Shown here piece by piece: positions 16,578 to 27,097 of a stretch of DNA of 64,000 nucleotides. Within the stretch, counting starts at the first letter, position 1, and every line of letters begins with the position of its first letter. The translations under genes were made by a program, and so were the position numbers. The notes under the pieces were generated by a model. The model was not told the DNA's origin and did not search any database. It saw only the letters and a program-made list of their open reading frames with translations. Location: the UHGV virus genome UHGV-0312576; one strand, given 5' to 3'. The stretch comes from a virus.

Positions 16578-17695
16578 TTATATAATACATTTTCAATATT
16601 AAACTTCTCATCAATAAGCTCTACATACTCTTCGAGATATTGTTCTATTTTAAAATAATTTAAAAAATAGAATAACGTTTTAAAGCGAACCTCATTTTTG
16701 ACAGATATGCCAAAAGTTAAATAAGGTACATCGTTTCTCTTTAAGTTATAAAAGGTGTATGTCATATAATCTTTCCATACAGTATAGTTATTGCTTTGAT
16801 AATCAAAATCTGAATTTATGCTTTTAATTAGTGCCCTTTTACATTCAAACGACCTTTGTATCATAGAGTTTCCGAATGGAATGGGAGTCATATCCTTTGA
16901 TAATATTTCTGATCCCACGATAGCAATTAGTTTTTCATAATATTGAGACTGTTCATTATATAATCTAAAATGTATCCTAACCTCTCTCGATTTACCACCA
17001 AATAAGTCTTGTGCAATAAATAATGCAACTGATAAAAAGTAAGAAGTCAAATCATTTTTACTAATAATGTTCTTTTCACTAAACATATAAGTATGGTCTT
17101 TTATATCACTAATACATTTGGATAAATCTGAAATATATGAAGGCAGTGAATCAACAAATTCCTTATTTAGATAAATACTTTTTTTATCTGGTAATACAAA
17201 TTTGAGTTTTTTTGTTCCTAATTGAGATAGTTTATCTAACTCGGTATCTAAATATTTTCTTTCATTTTCTAAAGCTTTTTCAGCTTGTTCTATTTTTCTT
17301 TCGCGTTCTTCCAAGAGTGGGAGCTTATTCTCAATTTCACTTTTTCTTTTTTTATAATATGTTTTGATGTAAGATTTTTCTCCTAATAAAATATCTCGTA
17401 TTCGAAGAATATCATTGTCATCCTTATCTTTTATAAGGCGGCACATGACCATCAAAGATACAATAGTCGAAATAAAAAAACCAAATATATAACTTGTTGT
17501 TGTAATGAATTTTAGTTTTTGATCATAAATCATAAAAAAATCACATAGTGTATATATACTTAAACCAGAACCTCCGATTCCGAATAAAGTCTCTAATAAC
17601 AACTTCCATTTACCATCAAAATTTATTAGAAATAAAGTAAACATAAATCCAATGATAGCACCTATTGATATAAAACAGATGGTTGCATATAACAT
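16574..17695 (-). CDS. membrane-anchored protein (moron; candidate abortive-infection or exclusion factor)
   Basis: 373 aa; 3 predicted N-terminal TM helices, then a Lys/Glu coiled coil (EERERKIEQAEKALENERKYLDTELDKL) and a globular C-terminal domain. Codon usage is extremely AT-rich compared with the flanking tail genes. Inserted between TMP and Dit. Confidence 0.45.
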   Translation of the reverse strand: MLYATICFISIGAIIGFMFTLFLINFDGKWKLLLETLFGIGGSGLSIYTLCDFFMIYDQKLKFITTTSYIFGFFISTIVSLMVMCRLIKDKDDNDILRIRDILLGEKSYIKTYYKKRKSEIENKLPLLEERERKIEQAEKALENERKYLDTELDKLSQLGTKKLKFVLPDKKSIYLNKEFVDSLPSYISDLSKCISDIKDHTYMFSEKNIISKNDLTSYFLSVALFIAQDLFGGKSREVRIHFRLYNEQSQYYEKLIAIVGSEILSKDMTPIPFGNSMIQRSFECKRALIKSINSDFDYQSNNYTVWKDYMTYTFYNLKRNDVPYLTFGISVKNEVRFKTLFYFLNYFKIEQYLEEYVELIDEKFNIENVLYN

Positions 17696-17829
17696 TATAT
17701 AGTCCCCTTAGATATATTATAATGTTATTATATAGCAATAATCGACAATATTCTACCAGAACATTTGTTATGGTCGTTATGGTAACTATATTAGAGCATA
17801 AGGCACCCATTTCTGGGTGCCTTAAACTT

Positions 17830-20800
17830 TTATTTACCCATTAATTCATATCCAATACTTTTGGCAACCCGTTTATCAATATCTCGGGTTTCGTTCTTTA
17901 TGATTGCGGCTACTTCAGTAGCGGACAGTCCAGTACCGTCAATCTGTACAAGTGGGGAGTTAATCGCCACGGGTTGATTTCTAATTATATCAAATTCTGG
18001 TATCTTATAATTAGGCATCGACCGTGCGACAATATCTTCAACAAATCTATTCGGATTTCCGGCGATATCTAAAAGGTTCTGAGTCAAATCACCATTTATT
18101 ACACCATCACCTAATTTTAGTGGGGTCAATAAAGCGCCGTCACTTGGACGTGTAATTATTTCGGGTTTGTTCTCCTGTGTCCATGCAAGCTGATCATGAG
18201 GGATGCGTTTTCTTCCCTTTTTATACCCAATGGTATATCCGAGCTTTCTAACCTGTTCAGCAGTCAGTGGTTTCCCATCATATTTACCATTTTCGTCGAG
18301 GTAGTAGTATCCATCTCCATCCCTGGCCTTAACGGCCATATCAGTAGCCATGACACCATCCTTATCAAGATAGTACCAATCGCCATCTTTGCTCTTGCGC
18401 CATTGGGAAATGACCATTTCACCATTCTCAGGCTCAAAGTATCTCCAATCACCAAAGTCATCTCGCCAGCCAGTCATCATGTACCCATCGTCATCAAAGC
18501 CATATTGTTTTCCATTAATAGTATAAATATCTCCTGAGACATAATCATCATTGGAGTTTCCATACCACCATTTTCCACCTTTGCCTTTTTGCCAACTTCC
18601 CTGGTCAGTTACATCCTCGTAAGCAGAAGAAGAACCTCCACCATATCCACCCATTCCGATCTGATTGAGTAAATCTACCAGTTCATAAAGCGAACTGAAA
18701 TCAAGACCGTCAATTTCATATTGGATATTTGCAACAGCATCACCTATAGCACCGGCACATAAATCAGCTGCCTCACTTCCGGATTCCCACGGTTTGGTAA
18801 GGTCGTCAATGGCTGCAAGACTGTATTCATCTCCATATTGTGTCAAGATACCATAGACAGTAGAGTAGTTATTCTTTACTTGATCAAGGTATTTATTGAT
18901 AGCTGCATTCTGTGCATCCAGGTTCGTGTCAAGCTCATCGGATTCCTTTTGTTTGGATTCTTCAAACGCATTATACTCATCATCCAGAGCATTTTTGCGT
19001 TGCTCAATTTCATGGTCGTACTGTAGCTCATATAATTCGTCCTTCGCATCAGCCAATTGACTTTGTAACTGCAATCTCTGGGCTATATCATCGCGATTGG
19101 TGGAATTATTTAAGGCTGCAATCTGACGTTCCAACTTTGAAATATTATCCTGTTTCTCAGTGATGGATTTTTGATAATCATGCAGATCTTTTTCAGCATC
19201 AAGAGCAGCCTTGGTTTCATCAATGAGTTTCTTCTTTGCATCAATCTCGGCTTGGATTCCCTCTTTTACTAGGGCAAGGATTGCATCTCTAGCTTCTTTA
19301 CTGGACTTTACGGCATTTTCCTGAGCAGAAGTGTAGTCCTGGAGCATCGAATTGTATTCATCTTGGGTGATTAATCCGCTATCTAATGCACCGTCGAGCG
19401 ATTTAATGGCTTCAGCATATTCAGCTGCTTCCTGCTTTGCGTTGGTCATCTGGTGGGCGTATAAAGCAATCTGAGCCAGTCCACGGTCAGTTAAATTACC
19501 AAAATCGTCAACCAGATTAGTATCTCCGATTAGGTCATTCATTGTACTGATGGTTCCATTTATTGAATCCATTGCACTTGTAAAGTCCCTAAGACCCTTA
19601 TACACCAAATCCGTCATTGCATCTTTATATTGCTCTACGGCATCAGCAGCAGAAATCATACTGTTCTTGTACTCTTGTAATTGGTCGTTATATTTTTTCC
19701 ACTCTTCAGAACCTCTTTCTAAATCCATGCGAGACATCTCAGTGGACAGTTCGTTGTAAGCATCTGCATTCTGGCGCGTTAGCTTTAACTGTTTACCAGC
19801 AAGTGAGATATAATCATCAGCATAAATTTCTTCACCTGATTTTTCACGAAGGTCGAGGAGCTGCTTTTCAGTATCAATCATTTTGGACTGGATATCTGTT
19901 GTCTGCTTGAACTGGTTTATGATATTGTCTAATTTGGATAGGTTGAGATCATGAATGGATTTTTGTGTTTCTAAAATTTTAGCATTCGTATCTTGAGCCT
20001 TATCATATAAGTCTTGATATTCCTTAATAACCTTCGCTAGATTTTCATCACCAACAGATTCGATCTCAATTGTACCATTCTGGACTTTATTAATGTATTC
20101 CTGAGAGAGTCCAAGCTTATTCGCATCTTCCATATACTTATCGTGCATTTGCTGGAGAATATGCATTTTTTCAGTAAGTACATCAATTGTAGTATGGGTC
20201 ATAGAGTTCTTATTCCTGTAGCCAACAAGAGAATCGATGTTGTTTTTGAGCTTATCTACCTGGGAATCGATTACACTAATTTTGCGTTCCATCCAGTCAA
20301 ATTCTGTTGGCTCTTTTTTCGATTTATCCTTTGAGCCAGAACCAGATTTTTTAGATGGACTACCTGATATTTTCGGTGCCTGGATAGTTATATTGGATGT
20401 AGCACGATTCATCTGTGCAATCAAATCTTCCATAACAGATTCATAGGTACCGTGTCCATTTGCTACTCTATCAGCAGCGGCAGCAGCGATAGCAGCTGAA
20501 GCAGTATCACCATAGGCAGATGCAAGTTGTCCTAGTTTATCAATTTTACCCTGTACGCTAAGGTCAGTATTATTGTAGGCTATCTCGGCAGCATTTAATT
20601 GATATAAAGATGCTTTTGTTGTTTCGCTGGCTCCACTTTCGTCAAGCAAGGCCCAATAAGCCGTATTTGTAGCATCGGTAAGAGAATATCCGCTGGCAGC
20701 AAGAATCTCACTTGCCTGCGCCAATTCTTCTGTAACGATGGATGACGCATTAGTTATTCCTTGTAATTCTAGTTGAGATACAATAAGGTCACGGTTGGAA

Positions 20801-22419
20801 GTGTTAAGCCCATCCAGACAACCAGACTGGTATATGAATTGAGAGGACAGTGTATCAAATGCTTTTTGAATATCATCTACGGTAGACTCAGACGATGATA
20901 AGACAGATTCGAATGTATTGAATTGTTCCTCAGAAATGCCTAGCTGTTTGTCTGTTTTAAGTAAAGAACTTCGTAAGTCATCTACATCTGATATATCAAA
21001 TGTTATCGCTGTTTTATCTTTGATTTTGCCCTTAAACTCATCGTAAAGGGAAGTAATCTTAGATAACCTATCTATTGTATCGGAAAAAGAGGATAGGTCA
21101 AATATTATAGGTGAATTTGTTGTTACTGACTTTTCAGCTTCGACTAAGGCATATATGTTCTCGCAGGTTTCTTCAGCTGTTTTCCCCGTTTCTTTTAGCA
21201 ACTGATTATATGTCTCATTATTGGTTAACGTTGCTGGGGAGAGGGTTCCGGCCTGAGCCATTGATTCGAGTTCTTTTCGTGCGTTGGAGAATGTATCGGC
21301 GTTCCAGATATCGTCAAAAGCTTTAGATGCGTCCTTTCCACCACCAAAAATATTACTATATGCATCCTGTAAAGAGTTTATATACTCAATGTACGAAGAA
21401 TCTTGACTTGAATCCAAATTCTCTTTATATGTTGTCAAGTCACCGACTGCTGATGTAAGTGTGTCTTTTAGCGACTCTATTGAATTGTCAAGAGTGGTTG
21501 CCTCTTGTTCCATATTCGCTAAAGCATCTTTGTCCGCAAGTGTATAATCCTCTGGATTGGGTTTTGAAATCTTAAAATCAACTATTTTCTTGTCTAATTC
21601 ATTTTTTCGATTTATATATGATTCATAATCAGAAAGTTGCTGTTGAATAATATCTAATTGATTTCCAGAGAAGATATCATATCGAGCTTGACCATAGTGT
21701 GAATTTCCTACATCAACCTGTGACATATCCCAACCAGTATATCTTTGATAAGAACCTTTTTTATCAAGGTATTCAATAGCAGAATCTCGCGCATTTGCTT
21801 CGGCAACATTTTGCATTGCATTTTTTAATTCAAACTGGCGTTCTAATTCGGCAGTAGTATCCTTAAGATTCTGTAATTCTTCCTGCTCAATAAATGTCAG
21901 ATTGGGTTTGTCATTTAGTTCATCAATTCGCGAAGCTGATGTTTTTAATTCGCTATTTATAGAATCTATTGATGACTCTAGTTCGTCTAATTCGGATGCG
22001 GCGTCTATAGCAGTTTCGCGGGCTTCTTCGACCGATACTGTAAAGTAATCAATTGCTTTGACTGTTGCGTAAATACCTAAAGCGGCTCCAGCGGCCCAGA
22101 ATAGTGGATTAGTTGCAATTGCCACACCTAATCCTTTCATCGCTGCGGTGAGTCCGCCTGTGGTTGCGGTGGCTTCTTTTTGAGCGGCCGAGTATGTAGC
22201 AGTTTTAACTGCGGCATCTAATTCTGCTCCAGATAAGCCTTTTGCTGTGAAAATAGCTTTGAGTTGTACTTTCTCTAATGCCATCTGCGAAGTTGCTGCT
22301 TTAACCGACTCTAAAGAAAAATCAGTTAAATCATCTTTTAATTTAGAAACAATTTTATCAAAATTACTACTTGTTATTTTTTCTATTCCAGAAAACACAC
22401 TGTTTATTGATGTTGTCAC
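17830..22419 (-). CDS. tail tape measure protein (TMP)
   Basis: 1529 aa; N-terminal hydrophobic segment (LGVAIATNPLFWAAGAALGIYATV); long coiled-coil body; C-terminal aromatic cell-wall-binding repeats (GDWYYLDKDGVMATDMAV..., GDGYYYLDENGKYDG). Confidence 0.8.
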   Translation of the reverse strand: MTTSINSVFSGIEKITSSNFDKIVSKLKDDLTDFSLESVKAATSQMALEKVQLKAIFTAKGLSGAELDAAVKTATYSAAQKEATATTGGLTAAMKGLGVAIATNPLFWAAGAALGIYATVKAIDYFTVSVEEARETAIDAASELDELESSIDSINSELKTSASRIDELNDKPNLTFIEQEELQNLKDTTAELERQFELKNAMQNVAEANARDSAIEYLDKKGSYQRYTGWDMSQVDVGNSHYGQARYDIFSGNQLDIIQQQLSDYESYINRKNELDKKIVDFKISKPNPEDYTLADKDALANMEQEATTLDNSIESLKDTLTSAVGDLTTYKENLDSSQDSSYIEYINSLQDAYSNIFGGGKDASKAFDDIWNADTFSNARKELESMAQAGTLSPATLTNNETYNQLLKETGKTAEETCENIYALVEAEKSVTTNSPIIFDLSSFSDTIDRLSKITSLYDEFKGKIKDKTAITFDISDVDDLRSSLLKTDKQLGISEEQFNTFESVLSSSESTVDDIQKAFDTLSSQFIYQSGCLDGLNTSNRDLIVSQLELQGITNASSIVTEELAQASEILAASGYSLTDATNTAYWALLDESGASETTKASLYQLNAAEIAYNNTDLSVQGKIDKLGQLASAYGDTASAAIAAAAADRVANGHGTYESVMEDLIAQMNRATSNITIQAPKISGSPSKKSGSGSKDKSKKEPTEFDWMERKISVIDSQVDKLKNNIDSLVGYRNKNSMTHTTIDVLTEKMHILQQMHDKYMEDANKLGLSQEYINKVQNGTIEIESVGDENLAKVIKEYQDLYDKAQDTNAKILETQKSIHDLNLSKLDNIINQFKQTTDIQSKMIDTEKQLLDLREKSGEEIYADDYISLAGKQLKLTRQNADAYNELSTEMSRMDLERGSEEWKKYNDQLQEYKNSMISAADAVEQYKDAMTDLVYKGLRDFTSAMDSINGTISTMNDLIGDTNLVDDFGNLTDRGLAQIALYAHQMTNAKQEAAEYAEAIKSLDGALDSGLITQDEYNSMLQDYTSAQENAVKSSKEARDAILALVKEGIQAEIDAKKKLIDETKAALDAEKDLHDYQKSITEKQDNISKLERQIAALNNSTNRDDIAQRLQLQSQLADAKDELYELQYDHEIEQRKNALDDEYNAFEESKQKESDELDTNLDAQNAAINKYLDQVKNNYSTVYGILTQYGDEYSLAAIDDLTKPWESGSEAADLCAGAIGDAVANIQYEIDGLDFSSLYELVDLLNQIGMGGYGGGSSSAYEDVTDQGSWQKGKGGKWWYGNSNDDYVSGDIYTINGKQYGFDDDGYMMTGWRDDFGDWRYFEPENGEMVISQWRKSKDGDWYYLDKDGVMATDMAVKARDGDGYYYLDENGKYDGKPLTAEQVRKLGYTIGYKKGRKRIPHDQLAWTQENKPEIITRPSDGALLTPLKLGDGVINGDLTQNLLDIAGNPNRFVEDIVARSMPNYKIPEFDIIRNQPVAINSPLVQIDGTGLSATEVAAIIKNETRDIDKRVAKSIGYELMGK

Positions 22420-22501
22420 ATTTTTTAGATTGCCTAGATCTTTAAGATGCGTTATAATAATTGTAATTGTATTTACAAATATAAATAGGAGTTTGTGGAT
22501 T

Positions 22502-22855
22502 ATGACGAAACAAGAAGCAAATGATATTTTTGACTCTAAGGGTGAGGATGCGTTAGATAAATTATTGGATTATATTTTAGTTGAACAAAACTACAACAAA
22601 GCAACAAAATTCATCATGGAAACAGTAGGGTGCGACGAAACCACAGCAAAAGCAATGGTATTAGAAACAATCCCCACTAACACAGAACAACGGCCAATAC
22701 AGCAACAAAATATCCCTAAATGTCCAACCTGCAACTCAACTAACATAGAGAAAATAGGCGGACTAGAACGAGGAGCATCCATAGTGATGTGGGGATTATT
22801 TAGCAAAAAGATTAATAAAACTTTCAAATGTAAAAATTGTGGACATACGTGGTAA
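22502..22855 (+). CDS. zinc-ribbon protein
   Basis: Start at MTKQEAN, with a good RBS (AGGAG). C-terminal CPTC...CKNC zinc ribbon. The track ORF start at 22247 is a spurious 5' extension overlapping the TMP. Confidence 0.45.
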   Translation: MTKQEANDIFDSKGEDALDKLLDYILVEQNYNKATKFIMETVGCDETTAKAMVLETIPTNTEQRPIQQQNIPKCPTCNSTNIEKIGGLERGASIVMWGLFSKKINKTFKCKNCGHTW

Positions 22856-22985
22856 AGTTATAACCAATTTTTATCCTTTTCAATTTTTCTTTTGCACAAG
22901 AAGATTGTAATAGATATCCATATTTTAATATATAAAGTTTTAAATTTTACAATAATTTTAATCACATCCTTTAGGAGAAAATATT

Positions 22986-23840
22986 ATGTCAGTTAATCCA
23001 TTAGTAAAATATGAAATTGCAATTCAGCAATGTTATTCAAAGTATAAAACATTTGTAAATGACAACTCGTTACCCAAATTAATAGTAAAATTTCATAATG
23101 GTAAAAATGAAAATATAGATTATTTGGCACAAATGGAAGCTGAAGATTTATATAATCAAAGATACATATTGCATTTTGATTATATGCTTTTTGCAATAAT
23201 GGATAATACTGAAATTGCATCCATTCTATTTCATGAATTTACACATCTTACAGATTCTTTGTCTTTAAGAGTTTTGCCTTATGCTAAATTTAAAACAGTT
23301 ATGCAATTATATTCTGAAATACATGCTTATGAGATTGAACTGGGTAGGGCGTTAGATTTGCAGAATTTAAATAATATAAATTTTAATACAGTTTTCAAAC
23401 ATTATGATAAAGAAATAAATTTAGGAGATTTTATTCAAAAAAATTCAACAGTCTGTTCTAAAACCCTATCAAATGCAGTAGCTAATTGCAATCCAGAAAC
23501 AATAATCTCAGACTTAAGAAAAGTGAGTAGATATATTGCGAATATTGCATTTGTTCGAAAATATATAAACCCAGAATATACTGTAAACTACATTGAAATT
23601 ATTCCAGAAATTTTTAGGAAAGATATCATTACAATAGCTGAAAGTTACTTATCAGATTCTTTTCGACCGCAAGTTTTTATTCAATCGTATAATAGCATTG
23701 AAGAGTTATATTATACTATGATGATAAGGAAAAAACTAAGAAATAGTTTTTCTCAGAATCAACTTACCGATGATGATTTAGAAAAATTAGATTATAAAAA
23801 TTATAAAAAAGACTTGGATAAATATTTAAATCTTTACTAA
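22986..23840 (+). CDS. HExxH metallopeptidase-like protein
   Basis: 284 aa with the motif ILFHEFTHL (HExxH). Confidence 0.4.
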   Translation: MSVNPLVKYEIAIQQCYSKYKTFVNDNSLPKLIVKFHNGKNENIDYLAQMEAEDLYNQRYILHFDYMLFAIMDNTEIASILFHEFTHLTDSLSLRVLPYAKFKTVMQLYSEIHAYEIELGRALDLQNLNNINFNTVFKHYDKEINLGDFIQKNSTVCSKTLSNAVANCNPETIISDLRKVSRYIANIAFVRKYINPEYTVNYIEIIPEIFRKDIITIAESYLSDSFRPQVFIQSYNSIEELYYTMMIRKKLRNSFSQNQLTDDDLEKLDYKNYKKDLDKYLNLY

Positions 23841-23911
23841 AACTGTAGGGAGTCTTTGCTGTAGGAAAGATTATATGCAAAGAATAAACTTAAGGTTAAG
23901 GAGATATAAAA

Positions 23912-24610
23912 ATGGCGACATGCAAATGCTGTGATAAGAAATTAGGATTACTTGTTGGCTCAAATAAACTTTCAGATGAATATGATGAGCCAATGTGCGA
24001 TGGTTGTTTCTATAAATTTAAAACACAGTTAAATATAGTAGAACAATCTAAAGACAAATATTGTCTTGAAATTAACTATGAAAACGCAGTCGCTACAATT
24101 AAAAAATGTAACTTTTCAGAAGATTCAACTAATTATATATTATCATTTGCTGAGAGTTTAAAACAAACAGTATTAGATAAGTTGCAGCAAGATATTGTTA
24201 ACAAAACAGAAGAAGCCCTTAGAGTTGAAAAGGAAGCTGAACAAAAATTACAATTCAAAAGACTTATGGATAATCATCTGATGACTACGGGTTATTATTT
24301 TGATGGCTACAGAATCAAGGGGTATAATGGCGTTATAAGTGGAAGCGTCGTATTGGGAACAGGCTTTTTATCTGAATTTGGTGCCAGTATAAGTGATTTA
24401 TTTGGTTCTCAGTCAGAGCTGTTTTCTGATAAATTAGAGACAGCAAGAGAATTAGCTCTTAAAAATCTTGTAAAAAAGTCTGCACAGAATTCGGGAAATG
24501 CAATAATCGGAATAGACTTTGACTATATCACATTCTCCAATAATATGATTGGTGTCGTTGCTAATGGGACATCAGTTGTGGTTGAAAAGATTGAGCAAGG
24601 AGAAGGTTAA
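23912..24610 (+). CDS. zinc-ribbon + YbjQ/UPF0145 (DUF74)-like domain protein
   Basis: N-terminal CKCCDKK...CDGC ribbon. The C-terminal half (YFDGYRIKGYNGVISGSVVLG...GNAIIGIDFDY...VVANGTSVV) resembles the YbjQ fold. Confidence 0.4.
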   Translation: MATCKCCDKKLGLLVGSNKLSDEYDEPMCDGCFYKFKTQLNIVEQSKDKYCLEINYENAVATIKKCNFSEDSTNYILSFAESLKQTVLDKLQQDIVNKTEEALRVEKEAEQKLQFKRLMDNHLMTTGYYFDGYRIKGYNGVISGSVVLGTGFLSEFGASISDLFGSQSELFSDKLETARELALKNLVKKSAQNSGNAIIGIDFDYITFSNNMIGVVANGTSVVVEKIEQGEG

Positions 24611-24923
24611 CAAACAATGGTACTGCAATAATTGTAAAAGTGATTTTTAGAAAGACTAGAAATAGTCTCTTTTTAGTAAAATATTTAGATAGAAAAAAGG
24701 AGTAGGTCATTTCTCTCTACTCCTATCAGTTAAAGCATTCAGTTTGCGGTCTCACCATACAAAATGGCTGACAATATAGTTCATCACTAAGGGGTGTATT
24801 CTTAATCTAATATAGATAAAAAGAGACGTAAAAACGTCTCTTTTTATAATAGTGTAGCTGGTCTTACAACTTAAAGTTTGCCCTTCTACAAAGGTCACAT
24901 AAAATAACAGCTAGTCTTACCGC

Positions 24924-25658
24924 TTACACGTGCTCTTCTGTTAAGTTCATCTTATCATACCATTCGAAGAATGTCAATATGTTATTTTTGTTTCTGGATA
25001 TCTCTAATGATAGTATATGTTCTTTAGGATTATATGATACTTTTAAATCATTTCGTCCAATAATTGACCATATTATCCTCTTAATATCATCAAAGCTCAG
25101 GTGTGAATAATCATCTAGCTGTGAAATGATTGCAATATTTCCATTATTATCTTCTGAAATTTCAAAACTATCCAAAGATTCTGCTTTATTATCTATAAAT
25201 AGATTTGAAAACTTAGAATAAGCGCTAGTGTAATTTTGATAAAATTTTTCATAATCATTTAAGCCTTTGTCTACGGATAATTCTAAATATTCAATTATCC
25301 TACGATGAACAGCCTTGATTTCTGATGGCAGTGGTAGTAAAAAAGTTTCGTTATCGACCCATCTATTAGGAATTTTATCTTTATGGATAATCTGCATCTT
25401 GTCAATCCTAGCTATTGAATTAATCGACACTATTCTACAACATAATAATTTCCTATATTTTTTCCAGCGTTCTTTGGTAAACGAAGTAAGAGGAATGATA
25501 TAATACATATCTTTATTTTTTATGCTTCTTAATATTAAAGAGGGATGTTCTCCAGCAAATTCAGCATTGTTTGTACCGTGTAAATCAACCGAATAAATAC
25601 CAGAATTTATAATTTGTTTCATAGGTAGTTCCCCAATCATTAGTAATAATATATCCAT
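24924..25658 (-). CDS. MazF/PemK-like N-terminal domain protein
   Basis: N-terminal segment (GIYSVDLHGTNNAEFAGEHPSLILRSI) resembles the MazF/PemK fold signature, followed by about 180 aa of unknown C-terminal sequence. Confidence 0.3.
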   Translation of the reverse strand: MDILLLMIGELPMKQIINSGIYSVDLHGTNNAEFAGEHPSLILRSIKNKDMYYIIPLTSFTKERWKKYRKLLCCRIVSINSIARIDKMQIIHKDKIPNRWVDNETFLLPLPSEIKAVHRRIIEYLELSVDKGLNDYEKFYQNYTSAYSKFSNLFIDNKAESLDSFEISEDNNGNIAIISQLDDYSHLSFDDIKRIIWSIIGRNDLKVSYNPKEHILSLEISRNKNNILTFFEWYDKMNLTEEHV

Positions 25659-26258
25659 TATATACCAATAATCTATATAATTCTACGGGAACATATGTAC
25701 TTTGTGAGTGGTTGAATATTAGAACTCTGCTAAAAACGACATCATTTTGAAGCAGAATATAATATAAAGCTTGAAGAAATCATGGTAATATATTAATAGG
25801 AAATAGTAACTTGTGTTATGGCTAAGTAACATGTACGAAAATAAATACCCCTCACCTGATGTACCCTCGTGGTAAAGATATCCGCTAAAGGGGGAAGAAA
25901 GAAGATGTTGCTTAATTCTATATTTGCCAATTCAGACATACATAAACTGCTTACTCAATTAGGAGCAGACCTGCACTATATCGGATACCGTTATGAATAT
26001 GCACTACTACTTATAAAAGAAGATGAGCAGTGTATACATTCTGTTACTAAATGATTATATCCAGAAATCGCCAAAAGGTACCAAACATCGTAGCCAATTT
26101 CTTGCAATACTTTTTGCTTATCTTAGCAGAACAAAGAATCTGGAAGAAAACGTAGTATGAACGTATGAGCGGAGGGTTAACCTTGCTGTTGCATTTGTAT
26201 TCATAATTTATAAAGGGATGTGCCTTAGAAGCATATCCCTTTTATATTTACTCGATTT

Positions 26259-26471
26259 TTATTCAGATAACTTAGCAATCGCATCCTCAACGGTAATGCC
26301 TTTTTCTTCGATTGCAGCTAAAAGTTTACTGAGTTTTTCTTCTTTAATAGCAGCTTCAATGCTTTTCTTTTTGCTTTTTAAATCTTTTAATTGTTCCTCC
26401 GTCGATGTGATTTTAATTTCTACATCCTGGAGCTGTTCTTCAAGTGTCATATTCTTTTTTGATCTTGCCAT
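26259..26471 (-). CDS. small coiled-coil protein
   Basis: 70 aa; Lys/Glu heptad pattern. Confidence 0.3.
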   Translation of the reverse strand: MARSKKNMTLEEQLQDVEIKITSTEEQLKDLKSKKKSIEAAIKEEKLSKLLAAIEEKGITVEDAIAKLSE

Positions 26472-26539
26472 AATGATATTCTCCTGTTCTGTATTTTGTC
26501 TTACGAAATTAGTATATCACTATGAGAAGAACGTGTAAA

Positions 26540-27097
26540 TGAAATTTAAAATCCATTCAGTTATATCAAACAGCATAATGGATAATGCTGCTAACAATAT
26601 AGTATTTATGATAACCATAACTGATTAACGACATAACCTTGCCGTGTGGTTCACCACAATAAACTATGTTAGAACATACATTAACAGAACAACAAATATG
26701 GCTTTGGTGTTCTGTGAGGAATCATGCTCGTTGAACTTTCTCAACTCTTAGTACTTTTATCCCGACATTGCTTTCGCAATTGCTATCTATCGGATTATAT
26801 AGTACGACTATACGTGAATTGAGTTAGCTGCCAGTTAGTTTCTTACCCATTTGATTTAATCACGCACTTAGACCGTATTTTTTAGTCATATGCATCTCAC
26901 TCTCGACCATAGTTGTGCCGATTGATTTTTTTACCTTTCGGTTGCATTCACGCCTACCTTTCGATTACGTTGTAGCATAGTGAGCATTAGGGTTTCAGGC
27001 CAATTCGTCCTCTTTTTATTTTGAAACTTTCGTCCTACGGAGTTGATTTTGTCGCCAATATGACATTTCTTCCCACATAGTAGACCACCTTAAAAAT
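26540..27097 (-). ncRNA. candidate large structured RNA or ORF-less intron (unassigned)
   Basis: About 560 bp with no ORF of 60 aa or more on either strand. GC content is visibly higher than the flanks. It lies immediately 3' of the intron-containing TMP-like gene. Confidence 0.25.

Noticed and set aside
18196-21326. Plus-strand ORFs inside the TMP gene (18196..18537, 18838..19163, 19550..19910, 20143..20446, 21111..21326)
   Set aside because: They lie antisense within a long, well-supported coding region, show low-complexity composition and have no RBS. Spurious.
22247-22501. 5' extension of track ORF 22247..22855
   Set aside because: It overlaps the TMP start on the opposite strand. An internal Met (MTKQEAN at 22502) with a good RBS is the likely start.
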